A stretch of DNA of 64,000 nucleotides, taken from the IMG/VR virus record IMGVR_UViG_3300025276_000024, positions 1-64,000 of that record. One strand, given 5' to 3'. The notes under the pieces were generated by a model. It did not search any database. It saw only the letters and a list, made by a program, of their open reading frames with translations, and had not been told where the DNA came from. This document shows, piece by piece, positions 61,701 through 64,000 of the stretch (position 1 is the stretch's first letter; each line of letters begins with the position of its first letter). The position numbers and the translations under genes were made by a program. The DNA is from a virus.

Positions 61701-64000
61701 AACAAAGACAGTATGAAGTAAATAAAGTTATATATGGTAAGAGAGCTGAGATTACTAGAAGATCTGTAGAGAAGTATACAGAAGTAGTTGAAGCCAATGA
61801 GTTTGTAAACCAATTGGCTAAAGAAGGAATATTTGCTGACATTGGTGAAATGGAAATGTTTTTAAAAACAGGAAATATTAATTTCTTACAAACATTTTAT
61901 GATGATAATGGTTTGATAAATCCTGCTGTGCATGAAATTAAACATGGCATGATTCAAAGGCTAATTGGAGATTGGAAAAGTACTAGAAAAGATGTTAAGC
62001 CAGAAGAAGAAAAATCTGAGGAAGAGGCAGCTGTAGAACAAACAGAAGACTCAAGAAATAAATTAGATACACTATTAGATAAAGCAGGTATTACAATTGA
62101 TATTGATACTACAACTAATAGCCCATTAGTTGTTAAAGCATTAAAGAAAAACTATGCTTTATATAGAGCTAGACAAACTAGACTAGGTCTACCTATTTTA
62201 GATAGTGTTGAATGGGCTAATTCAGCTGAAGCATTAGATGTTAGGAATACAGTAAATGCACTAAAAAGAATTTGGGCATCAGGTGAGGCATCTGTGAATA
62301 GTGCAGATGGAACTTTAATATTTAATAATCCAAAAGAGTCAGATATAATTAATGGTGATATTGGATTTGAGGAATTTTTACAAGATTCAGAAGTTTTAAT
62401 TAATAATCCTTTGGTTCAAAGTGTTTTAAATCAAAGTACATTAGATCTATCTAATATAGTTTCAATGGCTGAAACAGAGTTAGAAGAAGGTGAATCTTTA
62501 CCAGATACTCCACAAAGACAATTCTATAAAGGAGGCCTTGCTGGAGATATATATAAAATAACAACTTTTGATAAAACTAATAACACTACAGATGTATCAT
62601 ATCAAATTTTAGATAAATCAGGTAACCCATTATCAAAAGAGTATTTAGATTTTCTAGATGACAACTTTGCATCTGTACAGGGTACTTTTCTAGAGAAAGA
62701 AGCACAGATAGCAAAAGATGCATTAGATGCCTTAGATGAGACTATGCCAGATACAACAGAGTTTTCTTTTGATGGTGTTGGTGGTTTAACATATGGTCAG
62801 CCTGTCTATAAAGGAAGTGTTAAATATATAGTAGTTCAGAAGCCTCAGTATTCAAATAGATTTGGAGATAACCAAAAACTTAAAGTTATTAAAGAGTCTG
62901 AAAATGTTGGACCAATATCAGAAAGAAAGTTTGAATTTATTGAACAAGGTGATTTTGCTAACAACTTTACTGTTGAAGAAACAACGTTTAATTTATTACC
63001 TGATTCTGTTACTAAGATTCAAATAAAAGATCTAACAACTTTATATCCTCATACAAACTATACTGAGCTAGGTGCTGGAGAAAATTCAATAGCAAGGGAA
63101 AGTGCTATACGTAGTGATAACCTAAAGGCTAAAGATAGATTTAATATGATATTGTCTGAACTAAGCCCTAGTGAAATTGAAGGTTTAGAATTTGTGGTGT
63201 CATTAGATCCTAATGGAGGTAATGTAAGGGGAGCTTATACAGCAAAAAATAGAGATGGTAAAATATATAAAGAAGCAAATCCATTAATTGATGCACGTAC
63301 TAGTAAGTATATTATAGGTGTGAGAATTGCTAATCCAAAATTAAGGGCTGATATAAACAATAAGCTTATTGATAGTGGGATGGAAATTTCTAATAGCCCA
63401 GAAGAAGTATTTGCATATTTAAATAATGAAGCTTTTATAATTAGAGATCAACGTACAGGAAAAGAAATTGATCCTAGATCAATGAATAATGAGCAAGCAA
63501 GTAATGTTATATTACAACCAAATAAAAACTTGACACTTGAAGAAAAACAAGCGGCTCTTAGCAAAGTACAAAATGACTTTGCATTAAATGCATTAATAGT
63601 TCAATCATTTGATAAACTAGATATAGGTAGTACACCTCAATACTTTGTAGCAGGTAGTAAAGAATTACCTTTTACAATTGACCTTACAGCTGGGGGTGGT
63701 AAAGTTGCTTATGCAAAATCAAGAGAAAGGGTTTATCCTATTCCAATGGATGCATTACAATATGATACAGCAGACAGTGAAGGTAATTTATTTGTTTTTA
63801 ATTTAAAATATAATAAAGAAACAGGGCAAAGAGACTATGACTTTACTACAAATCTAAAAGGTGCTGAGAGAGATGCACTTGAAGATGCTGTTGAGTTACA
63901 ACTTAAAAAGCAAAATCAATGGGATAATCTATTACGTGCTGGTAAAGGTACTGATAGATATCTTGCTATGGTTAGATTACCTAATGGTACATTTGCCAAA
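58787..64000 (+). CDS. Giant ejected protein, 5' part (>1738 aa; probable virion RNAP block; not in ORF track)
   Basis: ATG 58787 (MENESKGPLS...); the same frame reads ...LPNGTFAK at the window end (absent from the track, consistent with no stop). Gly/Ala hydrophobic segments, ESKLEAG and EGIQEIGQE motifs. No DxDxD RNAP motif noticed in the window. Confidence 0.8.
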   Translation, partial: MENESKGPLSEEIVSQQRPAPSIIPEGQFRFEPIADLFETPETNFNDLLMSGPLAADEISGVNEYKADIDKYGISAMASLGVGVPSFATDTYNPIAQDQPDKSTFSKMQELSTLPNAPVSTNRLAPVFSGMRQTQFLRYYNHPEFDKLGFSPYANMENFYNENSTIWDDMERMRGQWFSLAGTGLNSVYGSLTSGTDYLEPDLASASEFEDIMAISSSTRGGVGGFINNLAANSAYTGGILASIAIEEVILAGAAALQGGMNPVSDAALIARTAKNTVTGTKALYSFTKLFERTRKILQKAKELETARDFFTAVKSGGKMSLNLLGKGFTPNTVKAFRNIKTAENAGQNMSNLAKMSTKFGGFYRDLRAVNLAMAESKLEAGMVYNQVMRQGLTEASNKNMGKGPGEDFEGDIANAANNASFKAMLANAPLIYASNWFVIGNALGGFQRGIQRTLGNTFQKGFAKNIVNTAGKKVVNSAGELIKSPFKYVGNSFSNMWGKVKAGGFKGLTGAGSIAMLDYFAANVAEGIQEIGQEAISAATVGYYTEILDNPAQGGIDLRNQMIMSAMGDQFSAEGANVFLSGFLMGGLVSGPQKLFFQGVPSIYNYGLQQAGIGLASKSQKEAYAEYKKNREEMIDEVVKSYNKSWDTQAYDPSDLFDLTRMNFMVQKEAAESIRKNVFSQDRFGVIDAKDASKFSQYNYMFATGGSANFKNQLQGFLELSDEELIQAFPNVSKQDKQSGKLRERITSMMTSMDKIEDSYNRNKDKNVNPFNKNKYNRKTQETEYIAEALNQYAYDHVRYLQMFTENGFNRALERADGIYSILESEPLFKGMSANDITVLLDSDSIEKEISMLQQQIAATEGADKGLGESNKTKRQKIKRLTAMYKIVTDPQNRFKNGTFKRNKLLKGKLRSEFKNYVRFMASSKGEFVSEDKIDTALEQIVDYGALKGRARVYDKAIQYLQNPEKFAEIQQRQYEVNKVIYGKRAEITRRSVEKYTEVVEANEFVNQLAKEGIFADIGEMEMFLKTGNINFLQTFYDDNGLINPAVHEIKHGMIQRLIGDWKSTRKDVKPEEEKSEEEAAVEQTEDSRNKLDTLLDKAGITIDIDTTTNSPLVVKALKKNYALYRARQTRLGLPILDSVEWANSAEALDVRNTVNALKRIWASGEASVNSADGTLIFNNPKESDIINGDIGFEEFLQDSEVLINNPLVQSVLNQSTLDLSNIVSMAETELEEGESLPDTPQRQFYKGGLAGDIYKITTFDKTNNTTDVSYQILDKSGNPLSKEYLDFLDDNFASVQGTFLEKEAQIAKDALDALDETMPDTTEFSFDGVGGLTYGQPVYKGSVKYIVVQKPQYSNRFGDNQKLKVIKESENVGPISERKFEFIEQGDFANNFTVEETTFNLLPDSVTKIQIKDLTTLYPHTNYTELGAGENSIARESAIRSDNLKAKDRFNMILSELSPSEIEGLEFVVSLDPNGGNVRGAYTAKNRDGKIYKEANPLIDARTSKYIIGVRIANPKLRADINNKLIDSGMEISNSPEEVFAYLNNEAFIIRDQRTGKEIDPRSMNNEQASNVILQPNKNLTLEEKQAALSKVQNDFALNALIVQSFDKLDIGSTPQYFVAGSKELPFTIDLTAGGGKVAYAKSRERVYPIPMDALQYDTADSEGNLFVFNLKYNKETGQRDYDFTTNLKGAERDALEDAVELQLKKQNQWDNLLRAGKGTDRYLAMVRLPNGTFAK

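Overview
A 64-kb segment of a large crAss-like (Crassvirales-type) podophage, AT-rich and read in the standard code. Its A-rich, SD-less start contexts and TAnnTTTG promoters point to a Bacteroidota host, probably an aquatic flavobacterium (inference). Bases 1-1560 are a hairpin-dense divergent region with one minus-strand (early-side) gene. From 1572 to the end is the plus-strand late module. In order it carries small basic proteins, amidase endolysin, HU/IHF-like and PD-(D/E)XK genes, GroES, terminase, portal, scaffold, major capsid protein, ring/auxiliary proteins, Cys-rich tail proteins, fibres, a metallophosphoesterase, tail tube and muzzle, and very large ejected 'cargo' proteins; the last runs off the window. 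Three unexplained signals stand out. (1) Three copies of TARTTRGGGAGCAGA + 6-bp hairpin with a GAA(A) loop, with different stem sequences, oriented like N4-type template-strand hairpin promoters; these are candidate virion-RNA-polymerase promoters. (2) About 20 copies of a [AFML]-[QKR]-x-G(G) peptide at domain boundaries of three consecutive cargo proteins, suggesting protease-processed or signal-tagged ejected polyproteins carrying transglycosylase, LysM, L,D-transpeptidase, Zn-ribbon and TonB-box-like modules. (3) A 3'-UTR hairpin whose 12-nt loop is the exact antisense of the scaffold gene's translation-initiation region. All family assignments come from motif recognition and gene order, not database searches.
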